Notes: generated by a model from the letters alone, not told the origin. 60,916 bases of DNA, filler included, from Dirinaria sp. TL-2023a (GCA_051941275.1; 6 parts of 6 records of this genome joined end to end with filler, not necessarily neighbours in it); one strand, 5' to 3'; shown: positions 25,550 to 39,073, counted from the whole stretch's first letter. Made by a program: numbers and translations.

Positions 25550-27480
25550 ATGGCAAGTTCTTTCATCTTCATTCTAGCAGCCGCCTCATTCAACCTCTTC
25601 TGTCGAGGCGAACTGTCACTTCCTTTCGGAGGAGCAGCAGACGGCTTTCCACACCATGCGGATGTCCAGCAAGCAGCGAAAAAACTTCCCAGCTGTTGCA
25701 ATGTCCTGTCTCACTTCCTGCCGGGCAAAGTTTCCTCTCATTTGGGAGTGGCGTATAACATCTCGATTGCTTCGTACTGGTCTGCGCAGGAGCAGGAGGT
25801 TTCACCCTCCTGCGTATTCATTCCAAAGAGCGCGCAAGATGTTTCTGTTGCCGTCTTTATTCTCGGCATCGCTTCTAATATCCTGTCAACTGACAATGGT
25901 TGCAAATTTGCCGTACGAAGCGGAGGGTAAGATCCTAACTCCATCCATCAAACACGCCCTACACCTCTCCTCAAATTCTCACTTCTAAATTAAGGCACAC
26001 ACCTTTTGCATCATCTGCCAATATCCAGAACGGGGTCACAATTGATCTGCAGTCTTTAAATCCGATAGACGTCGCCAGCGATAATCAGACCGTTTTTATA
26101 GGTCCAGGCAACAGATGGGTAGACGTGTATCTCAAACTGGATGCAATGGGTCTAGCTACATCAGGTGGCCGGGTCTCGGACGTTGGAGTAGGAGGCCTGA
26201 CACTGGGAGGTATATCAATGATGAGTCTTCTTTATTAGCATCCTCTGATTCGATAATGCTGCTAGGTGGAATCTCCTTTTTTTCTCCTAGGTACGGGTTC
26301 GTGTGCGATAACGTTGAAAATTTTGAGGCAAGTCTCCAATATACCCCACCCTCGCACCATAGGGAACTGACCTCGAGCACATAGATTGTCCTAGCCTCGG
26401 GTGAACTGACTAACGCCAATGCAAATGAGAACCCCGATTTGTTCAAAGCACTGAAAGGTGGCTCAAATAATTTCGGCGTCGTCACCGGAATAAAATTGCG
26501 GCTCTTTCCGCAAGGGAAATTCTGGGGTACGTAGTCATACCTCACACCACTGATTCAAAAACCGTGCATCAGACTCGTCGGGCAAATCGAAACAGGCTTC
26601 CGGCATCTAAATGGGCTCAATGGAATCTTTAGTATTCGTCGTGTGGCTGGTTCCGCTCGAAAACTTGAGCCGCGTCTAAAGCTGACTTTCTGTTTCTCCA
26701 GGTGGTTTCATAGGGCAATCGATATCTACACGCTTCGCTCAGTTTCAAGCCTTCGAAAAATTCGCGTCATCAGCTCACTATGACCCATATGCAGCCCTCA
26801 TCAACAGCTACAGCTACACTGCGGCCTCAGGATGGATTATAGCGTCCAACTACGAATATACAAAGCCAGAACCCTATCCAGACGTGTTCAAACCATTCAC
26901 CGACCTTCCTCAGGTATTCAACACCATGCGAATTTCTAACCTATCAGATTTCACCATCGAGCTGGCCACCCGGTCCCCTTTAGGCGGCCGGTATTTGTTC
27001 ATCACTGGAACGTTCAAGAACAACGCCCAGACAATGCAAAAGTATTTCGACCTCGCCAACGGAACCATTCAAAACGCAGGCATCGAAGACGTCGTCGGTC
27101 TTGTCTTCAGCTTGAGCTTCCAACCTTTGCCCCAGACAATTATCTCCAAAGCGACTGCCAGCGGTGGCAACAGCCTCGGCTTGGACGCCTCCGACGGCGA
27201 TCTTGTCAACATCCTTTTGACGGTGCAGTGGAAACTGCCTGCAGATGACGCAAGGATCGTTGCTGCTGCTCAGGCATTGTTTGAAAAAGGGAAGACGGCG
27301 AGTCAGAGCGCCGGCACATTCAACCCATATCTGTATCTTAATTACGCTGCCGCGTGGCAGAAACCAATAGCTGGCTACGGGGATCAGAGTCAAAAGAACT
27401 TGCAAAGGGTGAGTCAGAAATATGATCCCAAGGGACTGTTCCAGATACAAGTCCCAGGCGGATTTAAGTTGAACAGCTGA
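25550..27480 (+). CDS. Secreted FAD-linked oxidase (PCMH/berberine-bridge-enzyme-like)
   Basis: Hydrophobic N-terminus, SYWSAQEQEVSPSC, FAVRSG|GHT (covalent-FAD His), VGVGGLTLGGGISFFS, DLFKALKGGSNNFGVVT, YLNYAA...KYDPKGLFQIQVPGGFKL; four introns. Confidence 0.9.
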
Positions 27481-28054
27481 TGAGAAAGCTGTTTTTCTAT
27501 GATATTATATCCTGGGGTAGATACCTTAGTATGGATAGTCCAGGGGATCAAATGATTAGTAAGGGAAATGCAGATAATCTTGCGTGGTGCATTTAAACTA
27601 TAGAATGCAAAATTGGAGACGCTGATGAAGAGAAGACGTGCAAGCCTCAGTAAGGGGCATCATGTTGCTTGAATGACCTCAAAGCATGATAGAGAACTTT
27701 CTATGCTCGAAACTCCCTGTCTGCAGTCGATTCAAGTGGCAGGTGGCAAGTTACAAGAAGCCTTTACCTTCCTGTAGTCCGTACCTGCCAAGCTCGCCAA
27801 GCTCATTGATGCTTGGCATCCGTAATCCCGATCCGTGCTGCCCCTCGGCTGTGTTGTGAACTGCAAGTTGCTGATTATTTGATGGGCTGACAAGTAAACA
27901 ACGTCTTTGAGCATCACTGAGATTCCACCCAGTTCAAGGAGTGGAATATCTTTCGTTTGTGTTTTTTTACTATCTAGACACAGAATGAAGCCCAGATAAA
28001 ACCCTCGAAAGCTGTGAGAAAATTATTCCCAACCGACCAAGCTCGTAGAGCACG

Positions 28055-30089
28055 ATGGCTTCAAATGATCCCAGCCGCAGAGGTAGGGGTAGCTCTGATC
28101 ATTAATTCGCCAATCTGCATAGGATTGCTGACGCTTGCTTTGGTAGCCTCCGAAGCTTCTACAACATCTGATACGAGCCCTTTAGAGCAGGCGAGTGGGC
28201 CAAAGCTCGCTGCCAAGAAAGAGAAGCCAAACGGTTCCGTCAAGCTTAAGAAAGTCATCGCGAAGAATACCAAGCCTAAAGATGGAGAGGGTAGTGGTAC
28301 GTCACCCTTGGGTCGCTCTATGTATCGCGGGCAATCGGGGTCTGACGCTCAAGCAAGAGCCCAAAACCAGGGCCAATACGTCCAGTCCGACGCCGAGTTC
28401 GCCCATAAATGAAGCCGACTTAGGCAAGCCTATCGAAGGCAGACCGGACTATCTCCAGTGCAAGCATTGCAAGAAGCCAACCCCAAAAGCGGAGGCGCCA
28501 TCGCATGTCAAACTTTGCGAACAAAAGAAAAAAGAGAAAGCTCGGAAAAAGAAGGAGGCTAAGGAACTCAAAGCGGCTCAGGCAAAGGAGAAAGAGAAGG
28601 CGGAAAGGGAGAAAGCGGCCGAGGAAGCTGGAGAGGATCCGAATGCCGCCAGTAAACCAGCTGAAGAAGTTAATGAGGTTTCAGCTGCTGGTGAAACCAA
28701 TCCCAAGACAGCAAAGAAGAGTGCCGGCAAAGCTGCCGCTGATGGACCAAAGACGACTAAAAAGCGTAAGGTAGATGGTGATGGTGACAAGGAGCCCAAG
28801 AAGAAGAAACTCAAAAAGGATGAGCCCCCAAAGCCCAAGTTGCCCAAGCCCAAAGGCCCTGTTGATGTGGAAAAGCAATGCGGTGTACTACTCCCTAATG
28901 GAGGATACTGCGCTAGGAGCTTGACTTGCAAGAGCCATTCAATGGGAGCTAAACGCGCCGTGCCCGGACGTAGCCTGCCATACGATATTCTGCTAGCGTC
29001 TTATCAGAAGAAGAACCAAGCAAAGCAGCAAAGTGAGTTCAAATCTTTTCTCTTCCCAACACACTCTCACTGCAATGGAAACCCTATGAAAGCTATCTCG
29101 ACATTGCCTGCGCTAGAAGATCTTATATCCTGCCTCAAAAGATCACATTTCAGCCTTCAGTGGAAGTGAATTTAGCACATGAACCGACAGCCCAGGTCTT
29201 GAACACTTATCACTCTTAATCAACATGAGCTACAAAAAGCGCGCCAATGCTTCTAACTATCACGAAAAAGAGAGCATGGCTGAGTATATGGGCGATGGTA
29301 ATTCTCTCTGTACCAAGGATAAAGATTGTGCAGTGATTTGAAGTTCTAACCGCACTTTTCCAACGCATGTGTCCTGTTCTTCTATAGATACCCCATACTC
29401 AGCTTTCTACACTCTACAGCTCACCCATTGTTAGAGTAAAGGAAGAAACCGCTGACGACCTATCACAGAAGCGGCGCTCTCTTCTCTTGCCCCTGGACCT
29501 GAAGACCTCGAACCGACGGGACCAGTCGACTCTGACGAAGAGACCGAAGCCGTCATGGCTGGCATCCGCCGCTCTCGTCCGCAGCCAATCGCCCAACATT
29601 ATCACGTCGATATTCGCCGCCGCTACGAAGTAATCCGTCGCAAGGAATGTCTCCGCCAAGCGTTGAGTGGGCCGAATGGTCACCGCCTCTTCGCCGTCGG
29701 TCCGCAGGTGAACGAAGTGAAGCCCCAGAGCAGTGTGAATGGGAATCAGGGCGTAAGTCTTTTCGATCCGATCCTACCACAAATCGCACGATTCTATTTT
29801 TCTCAAAAAATTTCTGGCATCAAATTTTCGCACGCATAAACTGATATTTTGGCCATAGGCTGCGGGTACCAACACTCAAGCTACTGCTGGAACCGGAACC
29901 GGAACCGGAGCCGGAAACGACGAAGCGGATGCTCCTGGCAGCGCAGTGGAATGGGCGGACGGTGCAGCAGCTGCAGCAGCAGCAGCAGCTGATGGTATCC
30001 CCGCCCCACCGACCCGGAAAGCGAGTGTCGCCTCTACCGGCGGCCAGAAGGGCGGCGCTCAGTCCAGGAAGACTTCCGTAGCCGCTTAG
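28055..30089 (+). CDS. SGF73: SAGA deubiquitination module subunit Sgf73 (ataxin-7/SCA7 domain)
   Basis: CKHCKK...HVKLC zinc finger; PVDVEKQCGVLLPNGGYCARSLTCKSHSMGAKRAVPGRSLPYD; PVDSDEETEAVMAGI; includes intron 29033-29468. Confidence 0.92.
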
Positions 30090-30431
30090 AAAAGCTCCCT
30101 ACCTACTCTATCCTTTGATGATGATGCAGGCTAGCTAGGCTATGGAAAGGGGTAATGGGTGTCATGGGTCGTGGTGCTCAAGTGCTGAGCCCAGGTTCAG
30201 GTGGTTTTGAGGAAGGCGTTCCACAGCCCAGGCTCTGTCTCTTTCGCAATAGAGTTCTAGAATTGAATTGAAATTAATTTTGTGTGTAATATTTTTTTTG
30301 GAGGGGGGGGGGGGGAGCAATGCTGCCTGCTTTTCGTGTTTGGGACTCGTACTTTTTGGAGAATTATCGAACCGCGCCGTGAAGCATACATACATACACA
30401 TATCTCCATCTACTTGAAGTAAGATAAGGTA

Positions 30432-30531
30432 NNNNNNNNNNNNNNNNNNNNNNNNNNNNNNNNNNNNNNNNNNNNTTAATTAATTAANNNNNNNNNNNNN
30501 NNNNNNNNNNNNNNNNNNNNNNNNNNNNNNN
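30432..30531. other. Artificial contig linker
   Basis: N44-TTAATTAATTAA-N44. Confidence 0.99.
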
Positions 30532-30784
30532 GAGAAGGGGAGGGGGGGTGTTGATTTATGAATCGAAAGGAGGAGAGGGAAAAAAAAAACAGAAGGGAGA
30601 TACAAGGCCGAATGAATACGGGAATAGAAATTTCAAATGAAAATTCAAAGATAAAAACATTCAAATCAAAACTTTTCCCACCCTCTCTTGTCATGCCCTC
30701 GTTATATGAACACGATAGATAGATACACTTAAGCCACCCAGTTTATTCGAGGAAAGGGGGAAGGGAGGGGGAAAGCTCGACATG

Positions 30785-32655
30785 TCAACCCGAAACCTGC
30801 CTAACCACACCGGCGACTTTGGCCGCCAAATCATCCGCCTCACCCCTTGTGCCCGCCTCGGCATACACACGGACCGCATCCTCCGTTCCACTCGCTCGTG
30901 CAAATGCCCTGCCTTGCTTGTACTTGCCCACGAGCGAATCAATCATCGCTTGCACGCCCTCGGGCTTCTCCAGCCTCCGCTCCGCATCGACCGCTTTGAA
31001 GATATTCCGGTCTTTGACTTCGACCCTGACGAGTCGATTGGGGAGGTCGGTGTATGTCTGCTCCCACTCTTTGGGGCCCCAGCCTTTATGTGCGAGGATG
31101 ACTTCGACGAGCAGAAGGTCGGACAGGGCGTCGCCGACGGTCTGATTGATGAGCGCGGTGAGCGCGCGGAGAGTGTTGAGGGCCGATGACTGGGCAGGGG
31201 ATCTGGGCTCGTATTTCCCCAGACGCTTGAGTGCAAGATCCGAGAACACGACAGTTCCGTGGCCGTTTGCCTCGAAGTAGACGCCGACTTCGAACTTCGT
31301 CGCTGCATGGTGCAGATGCTTGACCCCTGTCGAGGTACAGACGACGGGAAGCTGCAGGTCATTCGTAACATAAGCCGTAGACGCGCCATTAGCGTAGGCC
31401 GTCTGCACGACTCCCACTTGCAACTTCTCGCCAAGGCCGGCAGCGCGCGCAAGGTCGCCGATGAAAAGAGCGGCAAGTGTGGCGATGCGGTCGCCATCCA
31501 AGAGGCGGAAAGTGCTGTCACTGTCAAGAAAGTAATAGACAATACGATCGGCGTCACCGTCGAGAGAAGCGCATCTGACTAAAGGCGCAGCCGCAGAGGA
31601 GGGAGGTGCACGCTGGTTGGTTTTCACAAAGTCTGCACCGCAAAGATGGTTCAGACGATCCGGCTGAACGACGTCGTCGTTGACGACCTTGATTTCAAGA
31701 CCGCCTTCTGAGGGCGAGGGTAGGTATTTGATGAGTTCGGCAAGCTTCGGCCCGCCAACGCCATTGGCACAATCGACGGTCACTGAGCCGGAAAAGGATT
31801 TGCCTTGCATGGCGGTTGTGAAGGCAGCTGCTAATTTCTCATAGTAACCTTGCTCGGTTGGCTTCCCATACTCATACTGTGTGCCTTTGGTATTCAGGCA
31901 GCGGGTGAGGTAATGCAGTTGTGGCGTGGTTAGAATCTTATAGTCGGTGGACTGGGTATCTGTAGCATTCAGAGCTTCGACAAGAGCAGCAACGAGATGA
32001 GGCCCAGAGGCACGTGTATCGCGCGCATACACGACGCGAGGCTGGACTTCCGGTTTCAATTTGAAGTCTTCCGCGATTTGTGTATAGGCTTGGAGAAGAG
32101 CATTGTCGTCGATGGCGTTGGCCAAGGTCGTAGCATGGGCCTCCCAGGACGACTAAATGTTTGATCAACAGACACATCTACAACTACGTGGGCGGACAGC
32201 ACACCTCCAGCATTTCACCCTAGTGGCTATCGATTAGTAAGCATAGGGGTGAGGTTTGTGGAGACGACATACCATGGGATCGACGAGCTTGACACCATTA
32301 TCGTCGGGAGGATTGTGGCTGGCGGTGATCATGACGCCTATTATCTGGCCATTGAGTTTCCGGGAGCGTAGGCATGCCAGCAATCCGACTCGATATACCA
32401 CGGAATCGAGGAGATCTCTGGCATGAGAAGCACAATCAGTCTCGTTGACGCATTGGGTACCTAATTGACCTGGGGTATTTCAGGCTGGATCTACGCACGC
32501 TTTCATTCGAAACTACACGCTTGATTGATCAGTACTACTGCACGTACGATGCGGACTGTGGTTCAACTCACTCCAGCGGTACCATACTGAAAGACTGATC
32601 CGGTCGGCTTGGGGTACTTGGCGGAGCCAGCGAGGATTGCGTCAGTTCTCGTCAT
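30785..32655 (-). CDS. PCM1: Phosphoacetylglucosamine mutase (AGM1/PGM3)
   Basis: [69 protein letters not shown]; several small 5' exons. Confidence 0.96.
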
Positions 32656-33566
32656 GGTAGTGCATCGACAGAGCAGCTCAAGAGCACCTCAAACGTGAAA
32701 GTGAAGAAAGGAAGTTGGGAGAAAAGGAACCGGAGGAAGAAGAGGTTGAAGTATCAAGTCGAAGTATCAGGTCGACATAAGAAAGGATGGATAAGGCATC
32801 GATAAGGCGTCGTCGAAAGAGGTGGTGGTGGATGGTGGTGGACGGTGGTGGTGTCGAGGTGTGTAGAAATAAGGTGAAGGATTGCGGTGACGTGAGAACC
32901 TTTAAGGGACCCTGATTAACCCTAGTCATTTAGTGATTTAGCGAATTTCCCCCACCCCCCACACTCCGCTACAATGGGCCCGAGCGGCGTCCTTGCCGCT
33001 TCGGGCCTAGCGGGAGGTTGGACGGGAAAGCCTGAACCAAAGATATTCAAATCCTTCCCCCGCATTTCTCGCATGCCTTGTCCTGATCCTGATTTATGCA
33101 TGCACGGGGATTTAGACTGTGCATTAGAGCCATCCATAAAAAGTTGTGAAAAAAAGGGTCAATGCGGGCGCACGCAGAGTCGCAGATTGTCGAGGAATGT
33201 CACCCTGCAAGGAACCACATCATCAGGTACCCATCACCGGTCACACCTCCGATCCCAGACTGAACCAAGGAGGAAGGACTGCCTCTTTAGTGTAGGCCGA
33301 GAATGTTAGGTACAGGCACTGAACACATTGTCGAAGCCTCGGACGCTGGAACGAGTAAGGCAGGTAGCCGTGGGGACGAGTTGGAATGGCTGGGCGGCCG
33401 GATTGGGCATCGACTTGCCTGAGGCGGCGGAATTCTCCGGATGTATGTAAGGCAGGACGAAGGAATACATATGCAGGCTCATCGATCCCCTACCTTAGTG
33501 TCAGCACGGGCATGATCATCTCGCAATATTCTCCGACGTTGGCGCCATGATAAGCCTCCAACGACC

Positions 33567-34753
33567 TTAAGCTTTGAGCCTCTCGCCGGCCATGTCCTGC
33601 TGTGCATCCTTAACCAAGAAGCTGAAAATCAAGCACCCACGTCAGCAGCCAACCCCCACAGACCGCCATCGCTCGGACACGATGCGGAGGATCGCAACAC
33701 ACTCACTTATACCACCAAATCGTCGGCCCCACCGTGCCCAGATGCCATAGGCTATGCGCATCGATAGCCCCCCAGAACGGCGCGAAGTCGAGGAGTTCCA
33801 GGCTCATCGCCAGCACGATCCATGCCACGATCAAGCCCGGCCAAGCTGCCCACGGCTTCTTCAGTCTCTGATACGTCCGGATGCTGAAAGCGCTCCACAG
33901 GATATTTTGCACTACGCCGGCAGCCACGTTGGCGGCCATGTTGTATGTGTAGTCCCATCGCCATAGCGTCAGGTAGGACACATGTGCGGTGTAGAGGAGA
34001 ACACACGTCAGAGTCCAGAGACGGAGTAGCGTCTGCTTGATAGGCGGCCGCTTTTGATCGAGTCGGAAGATGCGGACGGGGGTGTAGAATAGTCCATACA
34101 GCACACTCGCACCGGCGGCAAAATAGTCCAGCTTTTCCGTAATGTCAAAGTCGCGCGTGTGGAATACCATGCTGAACACCCAGCTTGCCATGCCCACGTA
34201 GCTGAAGGCGGTATAATATTTTCGAAGAGGGTAGTCTCTCGGTATGCTGTCCTTGACCTTGTAGAGGCCGTTGCGGTGCGCAAGGAAGTTGAAGAGGGAG
34301 AAGAGGACGGAGAAGGGTTCTTGCATGCCGAGGAAGCGGTAGAAGGGCCATTTGCCATGGTATTGGACGATGGGCTCGAGCATAGGCGGGTCTCGCGAGA
34401 GGCGGCGGTCGGTGATGATGTGCTGGCAGACATAGTCACAATTGGCGGGGCAGGTCCAGAAGAGGAGACGGAGGTGGAATGCTAGGACGCAATCATGTTA
34501 GCGAATTCGTACTTTCGGGCATCGAGGGCAGCGCTTACGGATATGAGGAGTGCGGGATTCGCAATTCGCCGTAATGCACACCTGTATGCTTGTTCAGCGG
34601 TTTCTCCGTCAGGGCTCGAGCAATGGGGCCTACAGATACACATTCGCGGAACTCGGGCAGGCGATCTCCAAGTGAAGCATGGGTGACGGCAATGAGAGGG
34701 CACAGAACAGACAAGCAGAGACAGAATCGGCTAGCATAATATCCACAAAGCAT
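33567..34753 (-). CDS. PER1: Post-GPI attachment to proteins factor 3
   Basis: Signal peptide followed by ASLGDRLPEFRECV, LLFWTCPANCDYVCQH, QYHGKWPFYRFLGMQEPFSVLFS, FHTRD, DAHSLWHLGT, FLVKDAQ. Confidence 0.95.
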
Positions 34754-35018
34754 TGCAAGAGAGAGCAGAATGTGATAGAATTACAGCCAGCTGCAGAATT
34801 GACAGGAATGGTACCTCGAGTGACGCGAGTGACACGCGACTTCTTTCCTTCAAACCACACACAGATCTCGCCAAGACCGAGGTATTTGAAATATTGTCTC
34901 GTTGCACTCTCGCTGCTTCAATGCCTGCAATTCAACTCGTCATAGCCGATTCGATCCCCTTTCACTGGAGAATAAAGAAGGAAAGGACTGGAATGTAAAT
35001 TGTGAAAAACAAAACATG

Positions 35019-35098
35019 TGGAGCCACGGAGGATCGAACTCCGGACCTCTCGCAAACGTGGATGCAAAGCGAGCGCTCTACCACTGAGCCATAACCCC
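35019..35098 (-). tRNA. tRNA-Ala(TGC) with 8-nt intron
   Basis: GGGGTTATGGCTCAGTGGTAGAGCG-CTCGC-TT-TGC-A-[TCCACGTT]-T-GCGAG-AGGTCCGGAGTTCGATCCTCCGTGGCTCCA. Has the G3:U70 Ala determinant and a downstream T-run terminator. Confidence 0.95.
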
Positions 35099-36070
35099 TG
35101 CACATGTCAAAATCCCAAAATTATAATCTATATTATTTTAAAATTTAAAGTTCAAATCAATTTGGAAGAATAGGGAAGATGCAACTCGACTTTCGTCCCC
35201 AGCTTTTTCCTTTAATCGGCGCCCGCACCCATCTTTCAAACCTTCAAGAAGCTGTACGTCCAACTACATGTAGCTATTCTTCAGGCACCCACTCCCAGCC
35301 ACACCACCATCCTAGCTCGTCACAGTCGGATCGGCGCAACAGAAAGTAACGACTGTGCATTCGATCCTTTACTCATTTCATATACATCTAGATGCTCAAA
35401 TTGTTCTCTCACTGTGAGTCTCACATAGCGAATTATTAACGACGCAAAGGGCTACTAACGTTTCAAGGGTCAGCCTCATGATATCAACGGACTGTGTGAG
35501 GCCTGTAAGACAGTTTTGCTACGTTTGTCCCAATGATGAGCTGGATTAAGTTTCCTCGATATCCTTAGCGTTCGCAGGATAAGAATAACATAGATCATAC
35601 AAGCAGACAATATTATTACGCGGGCCGTGAGACTCTGCATGCGATACCCGGTATGTGGTCTGCGGCTCCCAAATCTACACATCTACTTGGTGCGATCAAC
35701 GCCAATGGTGTTGGTTGCCCAGAGGTCCCTCAAGACACGACCTAGAATGGATATTCACACGATCCAAACAATCACCTACTTACAATCCACCTGTGCTCGC
35801 AAAATCGCTCTTCCGGTCACCCCAATGACTCGATCTTGGCCTACATCGCGCTAAGGAGAAATATTGGCGGATATCTCCGACCGCTTACAATATGCGCAGC
35901 ACTATACTTTGTACACGGCTTGATGTAATTCATATCCCACAGGTACCCGCTCGAAGCGCACTCCGCCACCGATCCCAATCCATGTACTTATTTTCAAACA
36001 TGTTGTCCCCCGACTCTCATGTTTACTTGCCCCATTGTTTTCTTTCGCTGTAAATCCAGATAGCACAGCA

Positions 36071-37284
36071 ATGATTTTTCGAAAGATTCTGTCCCACATT
36101 GTGTTGAACTGCTGTTTCCTTACATACGCATTAGTTCTAGCTGGCTCATCTAGTGCAGCTGTAGTCGCCTCAGACCCGTTGCTCTTGAAGAAGAACTCTA
36201 CAAGCGTAATTGTTAATAACGGTTCAGGGTACGATATTGCCACTGCCGCCACCAGCGATTCTACCTCCGCCAATGTCGTGTGTGACCTTCATCTCTATGG
36301 GCCTCTTGTCCCAGAAAGCTGTGCAGAGGCTCTCGTCAGGCTCAAAGCTGTTGGCCCGGCTGACATGGTTATTAATTGGTCTGATACAGACTACAGGCTG
36401 CGGTCTAGTATTCGATTGCCATTTCGTATTAGCAGTTGTGAGTTTACTTGATGCCGAGATCACGAAATCTATTGGCTTCTTTTACCCTTTCGAGTTCGGT
36501 ACTAAATAAGCATAGCGGACGGAACATGCGTTATAGACGTTTTCCACAAAGATGGAGTTCACGGAGATAGAGCATCTGTGAGATCCATGTCGGAAGCTGC
36601 ATGGATGATAAATGAGATGTGCGTTAAGTCGAGACGCCAACCTCCTCAGGGCGGTTATATGAGAGACCTTGGTAGAATCAACCTAACCATCAAAAATGCG
36701 CAACGCCTTGTGTTCGTGCTGATAGGTACTGCCAGGTGAAAGAAAGGATTTAGCTATCGTAATGTCGAGATTCTATCCCAAGGTTGCTTGCAGCAACGTA
36801 CAATTACCAGCCGGCAACCCTGGACCGTCCCTCAGAAACTCTATACCCAGCGATCAGAAACAACAGATATTTGGCCCAGCGGGTATGACAGGGGTGCAGG
36901 TCCCATTACCTCAGGTCTTCAAATCTGTCAAAGGTACGAGCTCCAGTTTGTATGCTCACGACCAAGAAATGGCCGAGCAGCACCAATGCAAATCGAAATA
37001 CGCCACGCAGCTATCAAGCTAACCATGATACAGGCCCATCGGTTAACGCGCTTAGTGTTACGTATATCAAACGCAACCAAGTGAGAGCTTCATGGTTCCA
37101 AATATGGCAGGTTTTCAACGCTATTGAGGCGATATGTGGGAGGAAGTCGCTCTCCGGGTACTCTATATTCAAGCAGTCAGTACTAATCGAGCTGGGTCGA
37201 AGTCCGCCCCTTGCGGCTGGAAATGGAACGCTGGGCTCAATTGACGACGGAGATTCTGTATCCTTCAGCAGATTTAAGGTCTGA
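36071..37284 (+). CDS. Secreted Cys-containing protein with an apparent internal two-domain repeat, function unknown
   Basis: Signal peptide. Exons 36071-36437, 36516-36671, 36736-36933 and 37034-37284 splice in frame. Repeat 1: SCAEAL..LPFRISSSDGTCVIDV..AAWMINEMCV..GG. Repeat 2: LPQVF..SWFQIWQVFNAIEAIC..G. Confidence 0.75.
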
Positions 37285-37687
37285 AGGTATGTAGCATAGG
37301 CATCGCACCCACATGAGTCGCCTCGAGCTCATGCTCTCTATAACACACAATGTTCAGCTCGGAAACGTTTTTGGCCGACAATTTCTCTATCATTATTACC
37401 ATTATCACAGTTCTCGTACTTCAGACTACGTAGTGGTCAATTGCATTGGCGTCAATAACAGGTCAGTACGATCCGCGAGGCGAGAGTGAGACACCGTCGT
37501 GTTGGAACCGTCTACATCAGCAAAGCGCGTCCTCGGATGAGCAAAAAGCATCACAGCGAGTCCGTCAACTCTGAATCGCTTTGAATTTAGGTACGTGTGC
37601 CAATCTTTTCCATCTTCATTTACATGGGTGTGTTATGTTTGCGCATGAGTTCTGAAATGTCTTCAAATCTTGGTCGACTGTTTCGAG

Positions 37688-38174
37688 ATTTGGCGTATGC
37701 ATGTGTGTTGCGAAACCTTGGCATCCAAAGTTCTTTCTCTCCCCTACATGCGCATTTATCACTACTTACTGCTGTCTATCAATGTCTTCCTTCTCAATTC
37801 GATGCTTCAGGATTAAAATCGCAAAAGTCATCTTTTTTCAGCGTTTTTTACCACTTAATGATTTGCCGATTTGACAGTGGCACTTTCATGAAGAATCGGT
37901 TCATCGACACTTCTTGAAAACGTTACTGTGCTGATATCTCGTTCTCTCGCTAGCGCTAGAGACAAGCGACTACATTCAATTCTGAGATAGCAGAAGATCG
38001 AAGAGGATTTACTTGATAGATGAAACGAGTTGCTGACATTAAACGAGAGAGATATGACGGCACTGAGAATTAAAAAAAAAAAAAAAAAAAAAAATTACCT
38101 TTCAGACCGTGCATGTAGGGAAGGGTAGGATTTCGAGATGTCAAGGTTTCGCAACACATATGCACACACCAAAT
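37688..38174. mobile_element. MITE-like / foldback element with ~65-bp terminal inverted repeats
   Basis: 37688-37752 (ATTTGGCGTATGCATGTGTGTTGCGAAACCTTGGCATC...CCCTACATGC) matches the reverse complement of 38110-38174. Interior is non-coding with a long A run. Confidence 0.6.
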
Positions 38175-39073
38175 GCTTTTCCCTCACGATGCGTATAGCA
38201 TATCTCGTACCACAGGATCGTTTCCAGGATTACCACCTGTAAGACTGAGAAAACTCAGCACCACTAACAAAATACCAAGTATCGTTTGACGAAAGCGGTT
38301 AGACTGTATATTGGTCAGCAGACCCCGGGTACCTTATTTACTGCCCCTAAAAGTTCTTCCTTTAGTTTTACCTTAGGCAATTGAGCACCAATACACATAC
38401 ATAGGCCCAATTCACCTCATAATTATCTCCAAATCATCCAAATCTGACACCACCGTAGTCTCTCACGCCAATTGTCCGATGTTGGCTGTGAGCTGTCTTT
38501 GGAACACTCCACAGAGTACTTCAGACACGAGCGATTGAGGTTCTTTTCATCCAAATCTACTTTAATTTGATAGACCCCCGCCCCTGGTAAGACTTAAAAT
38601 CCTTCTTCTTCTCCCTGTTCTAATGAATACCATCACCCTGTAGTCTAGAAATTCCCTAGGCCCAAGTGACAGTTCAATCAATGCTACATCTAGCCAATCC
38701 TCTCCATCTCACCATCAACATCCTCGAATCCCTGGAAAGGGACTGGGCTGATACAATAAGCATACAAGATATGCGTGGAGGTGAGGGGATGTAAGGGGAG
38801 GTAGATTCAGCGACTTGGCTTGAGCTCGCTAGCGGCAAGGGCAAGGGCGATGATCCAAAGACTTTGGGGGCACAGCAGCTAATCTGCTAACTTGACCCAG
38901 CTAGGACGAATACAAGACCAAGCCAAAATCAGGAGCACAGAAATCCCCAAAGCCTCAAACGGTAAAATTCGATTGGTAAGAGCACTCTCTGCATTATCGC
39001 GATACTGTACTCGGACAGTGCGAGCGATATGCATGAACTTGCTGCGATAACATTTTAAAAATCCATATCGACC

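Noticed and set aside
38071..38095. Poly(A) run as a retroposon tail
   Set aside because: No upstream ORF, SINE boxes or target-site duplication; it lies inside the inverted-repeat element.
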